In this document: positions 1 through 8,146 of the stretch, one piece after another
Position numbering within the stretch: position 1 is the first letter of the stretch
How the letters are laid out: every line of letters begins with the position of its first letter
Source: Acidobacteriota bacterium
Lineage (GTDB): Bacteria > Acidobacteriota > Thermoanaerobaculia > UBA5066
Reading direction: 5' to 3'
Length of the DNA stretch: 64,000 nt
Assembly (NCBI GenBank): GCA_030278895.1
Contig: JARXKK010000003.1
Coordinates: 4,471 to 68,470 of the forward strand
Translations under genes and position numbers: made by a program
The notes under the pieces: generated by a model
The model's database searches: none
What the model saw: the letters and a program-made list of their open reading frames with translations, nothing else
Told to the model about the DNA's origin: nothing

Positions 1-2217
1 GCGAGCCAGTCGACGATTCTCGTGGACGGTGTCGACTTCACGGACCCCGCGCTCGGCCTCGCGAAGGCGAAGTTCTCGCAGGACGCGATCGGCGAGTTCC
101 GTGTCATCTCGAACCGCTTCGACGCCGAGGTGGGCGGCTCGTCCGGCGGCGCGATCAACGTGGTGACGAAGTCGGGTACGAACACATTCGCCGGCTCGGC
201 CTTTGGGTTCTACCGGGGGGCGTCCCTCCGCGCCAAGGGTGCGCTCGAGCAGGACACGTCGATCGACTATCAGCGGAACCAGTTCGGGTTCACCCTCGGC
301 GGGCCCGTCGTCAAGGACATGTCGCACTTCTTCGCGTCGTTCGAGCAGATCAACTCCACGACGCCGATCCTCTTCCGGCCGCAGGGCGCCTTCGTCTCGC
401 GGGCCGCGGACGTCTCCCATCCCTTCCACCAGACACTCGGATTCGGCAGCCTCGACCACTCGCTCTCGAGCGCGAATCAGCTCACGGCGAAAGTCGAATA
501 CGACCGCTACCGCGAAAACAATTTCCGCGTGGGCGGGGTCGCCGACATCTCGTACGGCCAGGAGCTTCAGCGTGACAACTGGAACGTGACTCTGGGCGAT
601 ACGGCGACTCTCTCGCCGACCGCCGTGAACGAGCTTCGCGGGCAGTATGGCAGCCGGAAGTACTTCGAGCCCACGAACACGACGGGTGCGCCGGCGGACT
701 GGTACTCGAGCGGAGTCACTCTACAGACGGGGCCGCACATCCTCGGGGACCTCCTCGGCGAGGGATACCAGTGGGAGCTGCGCGACACCCTGAATCTCCA
801 TCTCTCCGGCGGCTCGGGCTCGCACGACGTGAAGGCGGGCGCGGGGGTCCAGCGCGTCGTGGACCGTTCGCGGATCGACACGTATCAGAACGGCCTCTTC
901 CTGTGGGTGTTCGACAACAAGACCCTTCCGCTCGCTTACGCGTACGGCGTCGGCTCGGCCGACGTCAAGGCGAACACGACGCGCGTCGCGGCATTCCTCC
1001 AGGACGAATGGAAGCCGACGTCGCGTCTCTCCGTCACGCTCGGCCTCCGCTACGACGTGGACCTGAACGCGAACAACCCCGATTTCCGCCATTCGCTCGT
1101 TCCGAACGGCCGCAAAGTCGACACGACGAACTTCCAGCCGCGTCTCGGCTTCTCGTACGACGTCACGGGAGCCGGTCAGTACGTCGCGCGCGGCGGCGTC
1201 GGCATCTTCACGGGCCGCTATCTCCTCGTGCCTCTCTTCAGCGAGCTTCAGCAGAACGGCGAGGTCGGCGGCCGCATCACGTTCACGCGGCTCAACGGGG
1301 CGCTCTTCGGCATTCCCGCGCTCACCCTCGATCCGGCGCGGCCGACGACGACGGGCATTCCCTCGAAGCCCGCGATCGCGCTTCTCGGGCCGGACCTCAA
1401 GGCGCCGCAGTCCACGCAGGCGACGCTCGGCTTCACCACGCGAATCGGCCAGACGGGCCTCTATGCCGACGTCGAGGCGATCTACAACAAGGGACGCGAC
1501 GAGATCGTCATCCGGGACATCAACTGGAGCGGCAACGCGACGCACGTTCGCCCCATCACGGCGTACGACCAGGTCAACATGTACACGAACGACGGGCACT
1601 CCGAGTACAAAGCCCTCGTTCTCAGCTTGAACGGCAACATGAAGGGCGGGCACGTCGTCACGGCTTCCGTCACGTTCGCGACCAAGAAGAACATCGCCGA
1701 CGATTTCAGTCCCGAGTTCCCGACCGGCTATCCGAGCGACCCGGCCAACATCGAAGCGGAATACGGGCGGGGACGTTCGTCCGAGCGCTACCGCTTCGTG
1801 CTGTCCGGCGTGTTCCGCCTCCCCTACCAGTTCTCCGTGGCCCCCGTGTTCGAGTACGGCGCGGGCCAGCCGTGGACCCAGCGTATCGGCTACGACTTCA
1901 ACGGCGACGGCAAGGCGAGCGACCGCGCCGCCGGGGTGGACCGCTTCGGTCAGGACGGCCCCCGCTACAGCAACGTCAACCTCCGCATCGCGAAGACGAT
2001 CGCATTCGGCGGCATGGGCGTCGAAGTGATCGCCGAGGCCTTCAACCTCTTCAACACCGTGAACTATGACGTGTCCACGATCGACGGCGCGCAGAACCTC
2101 AACGGACCGACCATCGCGAATCCATCAACCGCCCTGAAGCCGAACGCGAACTTTGGAAACGCGAGCGCGACGCTCGCCCCGCGGGAGATCCAGGTCGGGC
2201 TCCGGCTGACGTTCTGA
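1..2217 (+). CDS. TonB-dependent outer-membrane receptor, C-terminal part (5' end outside window)
   Basis: Frame 1 is open from nt 1 into the listed 22..2217 ORF. It has the GGSSGGAINVVTKSGTN motif and a long Gly/Asn/Tyr/Asp-rich beta-strand pattern. It ends ...QVGLRLTF with the terminal Phe typical of OM barrels. Confidence 0.8.
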   Translation, partial: ASQSTILVDGVDFTDPALGLAKAKFSQDAIGEFRVISNRFDAEVGGSSGGAINVVTKSGTNTFAGSAFGFYRGASLRAKGALEQDTSIDYQRNQFGFTLGGPVVKDMSHFFASFEQINSTTPILFRPQGAFVSRAADVSHPFHQTLGFGSLDHSLSSANQLTAKVEYDRYRENNFRVGGVADISYGQELQRDNWNVTLGDTATLSPTAVNELRGQYGSRKYFEPTNTTGAPADWYSSGVTLQTGPHILGDLLGEGYQWELRDTLNLHLSGGSGSHDVKAGAGVQRVVDRSRIDTYQNGLFLWVFDNKTLPLAYAYGVGSADVKANTTRVAAFLQDEWKPTSRLSVTLGLRYDVDLNANNPDFRHSLVPNGRKVDTTNFQPRLGFSYDVTGAGQYVARGGVGIFTGRYLLVPLFSELQQNGEVGGRITFTRLNGALFGIPALTLDPARPTTTGIPSKPAIALLGPDLKAPQSTQATLGFTTRIGQTGLYADVEAIYNKGRDEIVIRDINWSGNATHVRPITAYDQVNMYTNDGHSEYKALVLSLNGNMKGGHVVTASVTFATKKNIADDFSPEFPTGYPSDPANIEAEYGRGRSSERYRFVLSGVFRLPYQFSVAPVFEYGAGQPWTQRIGYDFNGDGKASDRAAGVDRFGQDGPRYSNVNLRIAKTIAFGGMGVEVIAEAFNLFNTVNYDVSTIDGAQNLNGPTIANPSTALKPNANFGNASATLAPREIQVGLRLTF

Positions 2218-2219
2218 CG

Positions 2220-2984
2220 ATGCGCGTCGTCATCGTGACCGGGGGCGCGGCCGGTATCGGCCGCGCCACGGCTCTCCGCTTCGCGCGGGGCGGCTATGCG
2301 GTGTCCGCATGGGACGTGGACGAGACCGGCGCCGCGGCTCTCGTTCCCGAGCTCCAGAAGGCGGGCGCGCCCGCCGCCGAGGGGCGGAAGGTGGACGTCA
2401 CGAGCGCGGCGGCGGTCGACGAGGCCGTTGCGGAGGTCATCGCCCGCTTCGGGCGCATCGACGTCCTGGTGAACAACGCCGGGATCGTCAGGGATTCCCA
2501 GCTCGTGAAGTGGAAGGACGGCGCCGTCGTCTCGACGATGTCTGACGGTGACTTCGACAAAGTGATCTCCGTCAACCTCCGGGGCGTCTTCAACTGTACG
2601 CGTGCTGTGGCCCCTTCCATGATCAAGCAGGGGAGCGGCGTCGTCCTGAACGCGTCGTCCGTCGTCGGCCTCTACGGCAATTTCGGCCAGACGAACTACG
2701 CCGCCACGAAGGCCGGCGTCATCTCCTTCACGCAGACGTGGGCCCGCGAGCTCGGCAAGTTCGGCATCCGCGTGAACGCGGTTGCGCCGGGATTCGTCGC
2801 GACCGAGATCATCAAGGCGATGCCCGAGAAGGTCATCGCCGGGATGGTGGCCAAGACCCCCGTCGGGCGGATGGGGAAGCCCGAAGATATCGCGGAGGCC
2901 TATTTCTGGCTCGCGTCCGACGCGGCCGCGTTCGTCCACGGCACGACGCTCTCGGTGGACGGCGGGCTGGTGCTCGGGACATGA
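2220..2984 (+). CDS. Short-chain dehydrogenase/reductase, 3-oxoacyl-ACP reductase (FabG)-like
   Basis: TGGAAGIGRA Rossmann motif, NNAGI, and Ser...YAATK catalytic set. The stop overlaps the next start (ATGA at 2981-2984). Confidence 0.85.
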   Translation: MRVVIVTGGAAGIGRATALRFARGGYAVSAWDVDETGAAALVPELQKAGAPAAEGRKVDVTSAAAVDEAVAEVIARFGRIDVLVNNAGIVRDSQLVKWKDGAVVSTMSDGDFDKVISVNLRGVFNCTRAVAPSMIKQGSGVVLNASSVVGLYGNFGQTNYAATKAGVISFTQTWARELGKFGIRVNAVAPGFVATEIIKAMPEKVIAGMVAKTPVGRMGKPEDIAEAYFWLASDAAAFVHGTTLSVDGGLVLGT

Positions 2985-3976
2985 GCCGCTCGGCCCGTAT
3001 CGTCTCCACCGGCTCCTATCTGCCGGAGATCGAGGTGTCGAACGACGCGTTGCGAGAGCGCTTCAAGACGATCGCGCCCGAGTTCGTCGACAAGATGGAG
3101 GCGGCGAGCGGGATCAGGACCCGCTGGTACGCGCCGCCCGACTGGGCGACGTCCGATCTCGCCGTCCGCGCGGCCCGGAAGGCCCTCGACGCGGCGGGGA
3201 AGAAGCCGGAGGACGTGGATCTCATCCTCCTCGGCACGGACTCCCCGGACTTCGTGACGCCCGCGACCTCGGTCGTCGTCCAGCACAAGCTCGGCGCGAA
3301 GAACGCGGGGACGTTCGACGTCGGCTGCGCGTGCGCGTCCTTCCCGACGTGTCTCGCGACGGCGGCGGGCCTCATCGCGACGAACAAGAGCCTGAAGACG
3401 GTCGTCGCGATCGGCGCCTACATGATGCACAAGCTCACCGATCCGAACGACCCGATGATCTTCTTCTTCGGGGACGGGGCGGGAGCCGCCGTGCTGGAGC
3501 CGTCCGAGAAGCAGGGCTTCGTGGCGTCCGGCTTCCGGGCCGACGGCTCGTACAACCGCAACTGGGCGATCTTCTCGGGCGGAACGGACGAGCCGGCGTC
3601 GGTCGAGTCCGTCAAGGCCGGCCGGACGTCGGTCAAGCTCGTCGAACGGTATCCGCCCGAGCTCAACAACGAGGGCTGGCCGAAGCTCGTGCGCCAGATG
3701 GCGGCCGACGGCGGGTTCGCGGTTTCCGACATCGACATGCTCCTCCTCACGCAGGTGCGCCGGCCGACGATCGAGCTCGTCATGCAGGACCTCGGGCTCC
3801 CGATCGAGAAGACCCACATGGTGATGGACAAGTGGGGCTACACGGGCTCGGCGAGCGTCGCGATGGCGTTCGACGACGCCCGCGCACACGGCAAGGTCAA
3901 GCAGGGAGACCTCGTCGTTTTCGTTGCGTCCGGAGTGGGCTACAACATGGCGGGCGCCGCCTTCCGCATGGTCTAG
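2981..3976 (+). CDS. KAS III (FabH)-fold condensing-enzyme homologue that keeps the Cys but lacks the catalytic His and Asn
   Basis: Collinear with FabH: FDVGCACASF (Cys codon 3332-3334), FFFGDGAGAAVL, C-terminal GVGYNMAGAAFRMV. HQAN is replaced by TQVR (Thr codon 3749-3751). GNTSAAS is replaced by GYTGSAS (Tyr codon 3839-3841). Start chosen at ATG 2981 because of the ATGA overlap. Confidence 0.85.
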   Translation: MSRSARIVSTGSYLPEIEVSNDALRERFKTIAPEFVDKMEAASGIRTRWYAPPDWATSDLAVRAARKALDAAGKKPEDVDLILLGTDSPDFVTPATSVVVQHKLGAKNAGTFDVGCACASFPTCLATAAGLIATNKSLKTVVAIGAYMMHKLTDPNDPMIFFFGDGAGAAVLEPSEKQGFVASGFRADGSYNRNWAIFSGGTDEPASVESVKAGRTSVKLVERYPPELNNEGWPKLVRQMAADGGFAVSDIDMLLLTQVRRPTIELVMQDLGLPIEKTHMVMDKWGYTGSASVAMAFDDARAHGKVKQGDLVVFVASGVGYNMAGAAFRMV

Positions 3977-3989
3977 GCTCCGGGGCACC

Positions 3990-4961
3990 GTGCCACGCGC
4001 CGTGAAGTTCCTCCTCGCCATCGTCGCCGGCTTCCTCCTTGTCGCGGTGGCGGCGGGGGTGATTTTCTGGAGGAGGCCGCTCGCGACGCTGGCGTGGGTC
4101 GGTCGCCAGCGCCTCACGTCGGCCGGTTTCGAGAAGCACGTGCGGCCGTCCGCCGCCGGGCTCCAGGTCATATTCACCGGCGGGGGCGGGGCGCCGGTCG
4201 TCCTCGTCCACGGCGCAGGCGATCAGGCGGGCGGCTGGTCGAAGGTGGCACCGCGCCTCGCGAAGAGCTTCTCGGTCGTGGCCGTCGACCTCGCCGGCCA
4301 TGGCGAAAGCGCGCCGGCGGAGGGGCCGTTGCCGTTCGCGACGCTCCTCGCCGGGTTCGACGGCGCCATGGGCGCGTTCCCGCAAGGCAAGGTGACGCTC
4401 GTCGGGAACTCGATGGGCGCCTGGATCGCGACGGTGTGGGCGAAGCAGCATCCCGGCCGTGTGAGTCACCTCGTGCTCGTGAACGGGGGGCCGCTCCTCG
4501 GCGACCGTCCCGACCTCACGCTCCAGCCGAAGACGCGCGCGGAGGCCGACAGGACGCTCGCGGCTCTTCGCGACCCGTCGGCTCCGCCGATCCCGGACTT
4601 CGTCATCGACGACGTCATCCGCGAGGCTGCCGTGGGCCCGATGGCGCGGATTGCCGCCGAAGCGAAGAGCTTGCCGGCCTACCTTCTCGACGGAAAGCTC
4701 GGCGATTTCGACGTCCCCGTGGACCTCCTCTGGGGCGCGTCCGACCGGATGGTCTCCGTCGATTACGCGAAACGCCTCGCCGCGCAGCTGCCGGCCGCGC
4801 GCCTCACGACGATCGAGCGCTGCGGCCACGCGCCGGCCGTCGAATGTCCCGACCGCTTCACCGAGGCCCTCCTCAAGATCCTCAAGGACCCTCTTCCGGA
4901 GCCGACCGTTTCGATGCCGCCGGTCAAGGTGCGTGTTCCCGCCGGGGCGCCGAAACCGTGA
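3990..4961 (+). CDS. Membrane-anchored alpha/beta-hydrolase
   Basis: N-terminal TM helix (FLLAIVAGFLLVAVAAGVIFW), VVLVHGAG oxyanion motif, GNSMG nucleophile elbow, GHAP His motif. GTG 3990 is the first start after the upstream stop, so the start is uncertain. Confidence 0.75.
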   Translation: MPRAVKFLLAIVAGFLLVAVAAGVIFWRRPLATLAWVGRQRLTSAGFEKHVRPSAAGLQVIFTGGGGAPVVLVHGAGDQAGGWSKVAPRLAKSFSVVAVDLAGHGESAPAEGPLPFATLLAGFDGAMGAFPQGKVTLVGNSMGAWIATVWAKQHPGRVSHLVLVNGGPLLGDRPDLTLQPKTRAEADRTLAALRDPSAPPIPDFVIDDVIREAAVGPMARIAAEAKSLPAYLLDGKLGDFDVPVDLLWGASDRMVSVDYAKRLAAQLPAARLTTIERCGHAPAVECPDRFTEALLKILKDPLPEPTVSMPPVKVRVPAGAPKP

Positions 4962-7417
4962 TCACGGGCGACGTCCTCGGTGAACGCGCGCGGCTCTCGC
5001 CGGAGAAGACCGCGCTCGTCGAGGTCGCGACGGGGCGGCGCTTCACGTACGCGGAGCTGGACGCGCGGGCGAAGGCGGCCGCGCGCGTGCTGACGGAGGT
5101 CGAGGGTCTCGGCTTGAAGAAGGGCGACCGCCTCGCCCTCCTCGCGGGCAACTGCGTGGAGTTTCTCGACGTCTTTTTCGCGTGCGGCAAGACGGGCGTC
5201 GTTCTCGTTCCACTCAACACGCGGCAGACGGCGGGGGAGCTGGAGGGCGTCCTCGAGGACGCCCAACCAACGGTCTTGATCTATGGAGCAACGTTCGAAG
5301 AGACCGTTGAAGATTTGCTTAGAAGGGTAAGAGGGGTCAGGGCCGTGGCCCTCGACGCTCCGGCTGCGCCAGGTGCGCCGGCCGCGCCCGTGCGCAGCGC
5401 CCACATCACCTTCAAAGAAATCTTCTCTTCTCTTCCATCGGCGCCTACTGGCGCCGATGCAGAATCTTCCTCTTCATCTTCGCCCGGTCCGGAGGACCTC
5501 TACTGCCTTCTCTATACGTCAGGCACCACCGGCAAGCCGAAGGGCGTGATGGTGCCGCACCGGATGGTCGCGTGGAACGCCGTGAACACGGTCGTCTCGT
5601 GGCAGCTGCGCGAGGACGACGTGTCGCCCATCTACACGCCGCTCTACCACGCGGGTGGCCTCGGTGCGTTTCTGACGCCGATCTTCGCGGTCGGGGGAAC
5701 GATCGTCCTCCTCGCGGGCTTCGATCCCGCCGAGGTCCTAAAGGCGATCGCCCGGGAGCGCTGCACGGTCGCCCTTGGCGTTCCGACGATCTTCCGGATG
5801 CTCCAGGAGCATCCCGACTGGGCGACGGCGGACATCTCGAGCATCCGCTACTTCGCCTGCGGCGGCGCGCCGCTCCCGCTGGACATCATCGAGACGTGGC
5901 AGAAGCGCGGCGCGAACTTCAAGCAGGGCTACGGCCTCACGGAGGTCGGCGTCAACTGCTTCGCGATGAGCGTCGAGGAGTCGGTCCGGAAGGCCGGGTC
6001 GATCGGCCGGCCGATGATGTTCACGGAGGCGAAGCTGACCGATGAACAGGGGAAGGAGGTCCCGATCGGCGAGGTCGGCGAGCTCCTGCTCAAGGGCCCG
6101 CACGTCTGCAAGGGCTACTACAAGAACCCGGAAGCCACGGCCGCCGCGCTCGACGCCGAGGGCTGGTTCCACACGGGAGACCTCGCGAAGAGGGACGCCG
6201 ACGGCTTCTTCACGATCGCGGGGCGCAAGAAGGACATGTTGATCTCCGGTGGCGTCAACGTTTACCCGGCGGAGATTGAAGGCGTCCTCTTCCAGCACCC
6301 GCGCGTGAAGGACGTCGCGGTCGTCGGCGTGCCGGACGAGAAGTGGGGGGAAGTCGGCGTCGCGTTCATCGTGAGACGGGAAGAAGAGGGGAAGAGAGAA
6401 GAGAAGATTTCTTTGAGGGTCATAGAAGAGAAGACCGATCTGGCGGCCTTCGTCGAGGCGCGCCTCGCGAAGTACAAGGTTCCGCGGGAATTCGTCTTCG
6501 TGGATGCGCTTCCGCGTACCCCGTACGGCAAGGTAGTCAAGCGAGATCTCCTTCTTTCTTACCTTTCTAAGAAATCTTCCTCTTCCTCTTCCTCTTCAGG
6601 TGTTCTGGCCCACCGCATCGATGGCGAGGGGCCCCCTCTCCTGCTCCTGAACGGCGGAATGATGTCGTTCTCCGCCTGGGAGCCGATTGCGCGGCGTTTC
6701 GCGGAGCGGCACCGCGTCATCCGGTGTGACTTCCGGGGGCAGCTTCACTCGCCCGGCGAACCTCGCGCCTCCATGGAGGAGCACGCAGACGACGTCGCGG
6801 CGCTTCTCGACGCGCTCGGGGAGTCCCGCGTGGACGTCGTCGCGGCTTCGTACGGCGCCTACGTCGGGCTCCTCCTTGCCGCGCGCCATCCGGAGCTGGT
6901 GGGCTCCGTCCTCGCGGCGACGGTGACGGACGTCGCGAAGGTCGGAGATGCCGCGCTCGGCGAGACGGGCGCGCGCCTCGCGGCCGCCGTGCGTGCGGCG
7001 GCGCGGGGCGGCGACCGGACGGAGGTCTACGACGCGATCGTCCAACTCGCCTACACGCCCGAATGGCAGGCCGCCCATGCGGACGAGCTCGCGGTGCGCC
7101 GCGGGCAGGTCGGCCTTCTGCCGGGCGCGTGGTTCACGGGGCTCGAGGGCCTGCTCGGGGCGCTCGAGAAGGTCGACCTCCGGGCCATCCTCCCGACGAT
7201 CGCCTGTCCCGTTCTCGTCCTCGCCGCGGGCCGGGACGCCGCGATGCCTCTCGAAAGGACGCAGGCCGTGGCCGCCGCGATTCCCGGCGCGAGCCTCGTC
7301 GTCGTGCCAGGCGCGGGCCACGCTCTCATCGTCGAGCGCGAGGACGAGTTCGTCCTGCTCGCCGAGCGGTTCCTCGCGGGTGTGCACCGTGAGGCGGGGT
7401 CGGCGAGGTCCACGTGA
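4958..7417 (+). CDS. Acyl-CoA/acyl-AMP ligase (ANL family) fused through a poly-Ser linker to a C-terminal alpha/beta-hydrolase
   Basis: ANL motifs: YTSGTTGKPKGV, QGYGLTE, TGDLAKRDADGFFTIAGRKKDMLISGG, KVPREFVFVDALPRTPYGKVVKR. Then SKKSSSSSSSSG, followed by a hydrolase domain (LLLLNGGMMS, AASYGAYVG, PGAGHAL). GTGA overlap with the upstream gene at 4958-4961. Confidence 0.85.
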   Translation: MITGDVLGERARLSPEKTALVEVATGRRFTYAELDARAKAAARVLTEVEGLGLKKGDRLALLAGNCVEFLDVFFACGKTGVVLVPLNTRQTAGELEGVLEDAQPTVLIYGATFEETVEDLLRRVRGVRAVALDAPAAPGAPAAPVRSAHITFKEIFSSLPSAPTGADAESSSSSSPGPEDLYCLLYTSGTTGKPKGVMVPHRMVAWNAVNTVVSWQLREDDVSPIYTPLYHAGGLGAFLTPIFAVGGTIVLLAGFDPAEVLKAIARERCTVALGVPTIFRMLQEHPDWATADISSIRYFACGGAPLPLDIIETWQKRGANFKQGYGLTEVGVNCFAMSVEESVRKAGSIGRPMMFTEAKLTDEQGKEVPIGEVGELLLKGPHVCKGYYKNPEATAAALDAEGWFHTGDLAKRDADGFFTIAGRKKDMLISGGVNVYPAEIEGVLFQHPRVKDVAVVGVPDEKWGEVGVAFIVRREEEGKREEKISLRVIEEKTDLAAFVEARLAKYKVPREFVFVDALPRTPYGKVVKRDLLLSYLSKKSSSSSSSSGVLAHRIDGEGPPLLLLNGGMMSFSAWEPIARRFAERHRVIRCDFRGQLHSPGEPRASMEEHADDVAALLDALGESRVDVVAASYGAYVGLLLAARHPELVGSVLAATVTDVAKVGDAALGETGARLAAAVRAAARGGDRTEVYDAIVQLAYTPEWQAAHADELAVRRGQVGLLPGAWFTGLEGLLGALEKVDLRAILPTIACPVLVLAAGRDAAMPLERTQAVAAAIPGASLVVVPGAGHALIVEREDEFVLLAERFLAGVHREAGSARST
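6575..6598 (+). repeat. (TCTTCC)3-TCTTCA microsatellite encoding the Ser8 inter-domain linker
   Basis: Read directly: tcttcc tcttcc tcttcc tcttca, in frame as 8 Ser codons. A second Ser6 run (ESSSSSSP) lies at about 5463-5483. Confidence 0.9.
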
Positions 7418-7465
7418 GCGCCCGCCCGCGCCCCGCGTGCGACAGTTTATGGACGGCGAACGCGT

Positions 7466-8122
7466 CTAGCGGCGCGCGCGGACGAGGGCCGGCGGCGCGA
7501 CCGAGGCGATGCCGTGCTCCTTCAGCATCCCGTGACGCAGGATCTCGGCGATCTCACCCATGACGCGGTCACTGTCCTTGCCGAACTGCTGTGGGACGCC
7601 GAAGAGGATCTCGACCGCGAAGTACTGGAGGAAGACGCGGCTCGCGAGCATGACGGCGGTCGCGACCGGGACGCCCGGACGGATCTCGCCCGAGACGGCA
7701 TCGCCATGCGTCACGATGAATCGCTCGAAACGCGAGGCCATTTCCGAGTAGAACTTCCGAATATGGCTGCCGGAGAGCTCGACGACGTCCACGTAGATGA
7801 GGGCGACGTGACGCCGCCATACGCGGACGCTCTCGCGCGCGGCGACCGCGAGCTCCTCGAGGTTGTCCGGGAAGACTCCCGACGCGAGGGCCTTGTTGAA
7901 CGGGAAGTCCGGACTTTCGATCGCGTTCCAGTATTGGCCGAGAACCGTTTGGAAGATCGTCTCCTTGTCGGGAAAGTGGTGGTAGACGTTTCCCGTGGAG
8001 ACGCCGGCCGCTTCGGCAATCTCCCGGATGCTCGTGCCGCGGTAGCCCTGGCTCGAGAACAGCTCGAGTGACGCCTCGAGGATGGCCGCCCGGCTCTTCT
8101 CCGACTTCTTGTCCTGCTTCAC
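7466..8122 (-). CDS. TetR/AcrR-family transcriptional regulator
   Basis: N-terminal HTH: RAAILEASLELFSSQGYRGTSIREIAEAAGVSTGNVYHHFPDKE. Confidence 0.9.
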   Translation of the reverse strand: MKQDKKSEKSRAAILEASLELFSSQGYRGTSIREIAEAAGVSTGNVYHHFPDKETIFQTVLGQYWNAIESPDFPFNKALASGVFPDNLEELAVAARESVRVWRRHVALIYVDVVELSGSHIRKFYSEMASRFERFIVTHGDAVSGEIRPGVPVATAVMLASRVFLQYFAVEILFGVPQQFGKDSDRVMGEIAEILRHGMLKEHGIASVAPPALVRARR

Positions 8123-8146
8123 CGAGGGGAAGTGTAGCGCCGCCGG

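Noticed and set aside
6575-6598. The TCTTCC tandem repeat as a possible CRISPR or other array.
   Set aside because: It is only 24 nt, has no spacers, and lies in frame inside a CDS where it encodes a Ser8 linker.
2220-7417. Calling the operon a bona fide oleABCD (olefin / beta-lactone) cluster.
   Set aside because: The thiolase-fold protein lacks the His/Asn retained by OleA. The reductase is a 254-aa FabG-type SDR rather than the larger 3-beta-HSD-type OleD. The hydrolases use Ser-type elbows (GNSMG, AASYG). The fusion order (ligase then hydrolase) differs from known OleBC fusions. Only the general fold set is shared.
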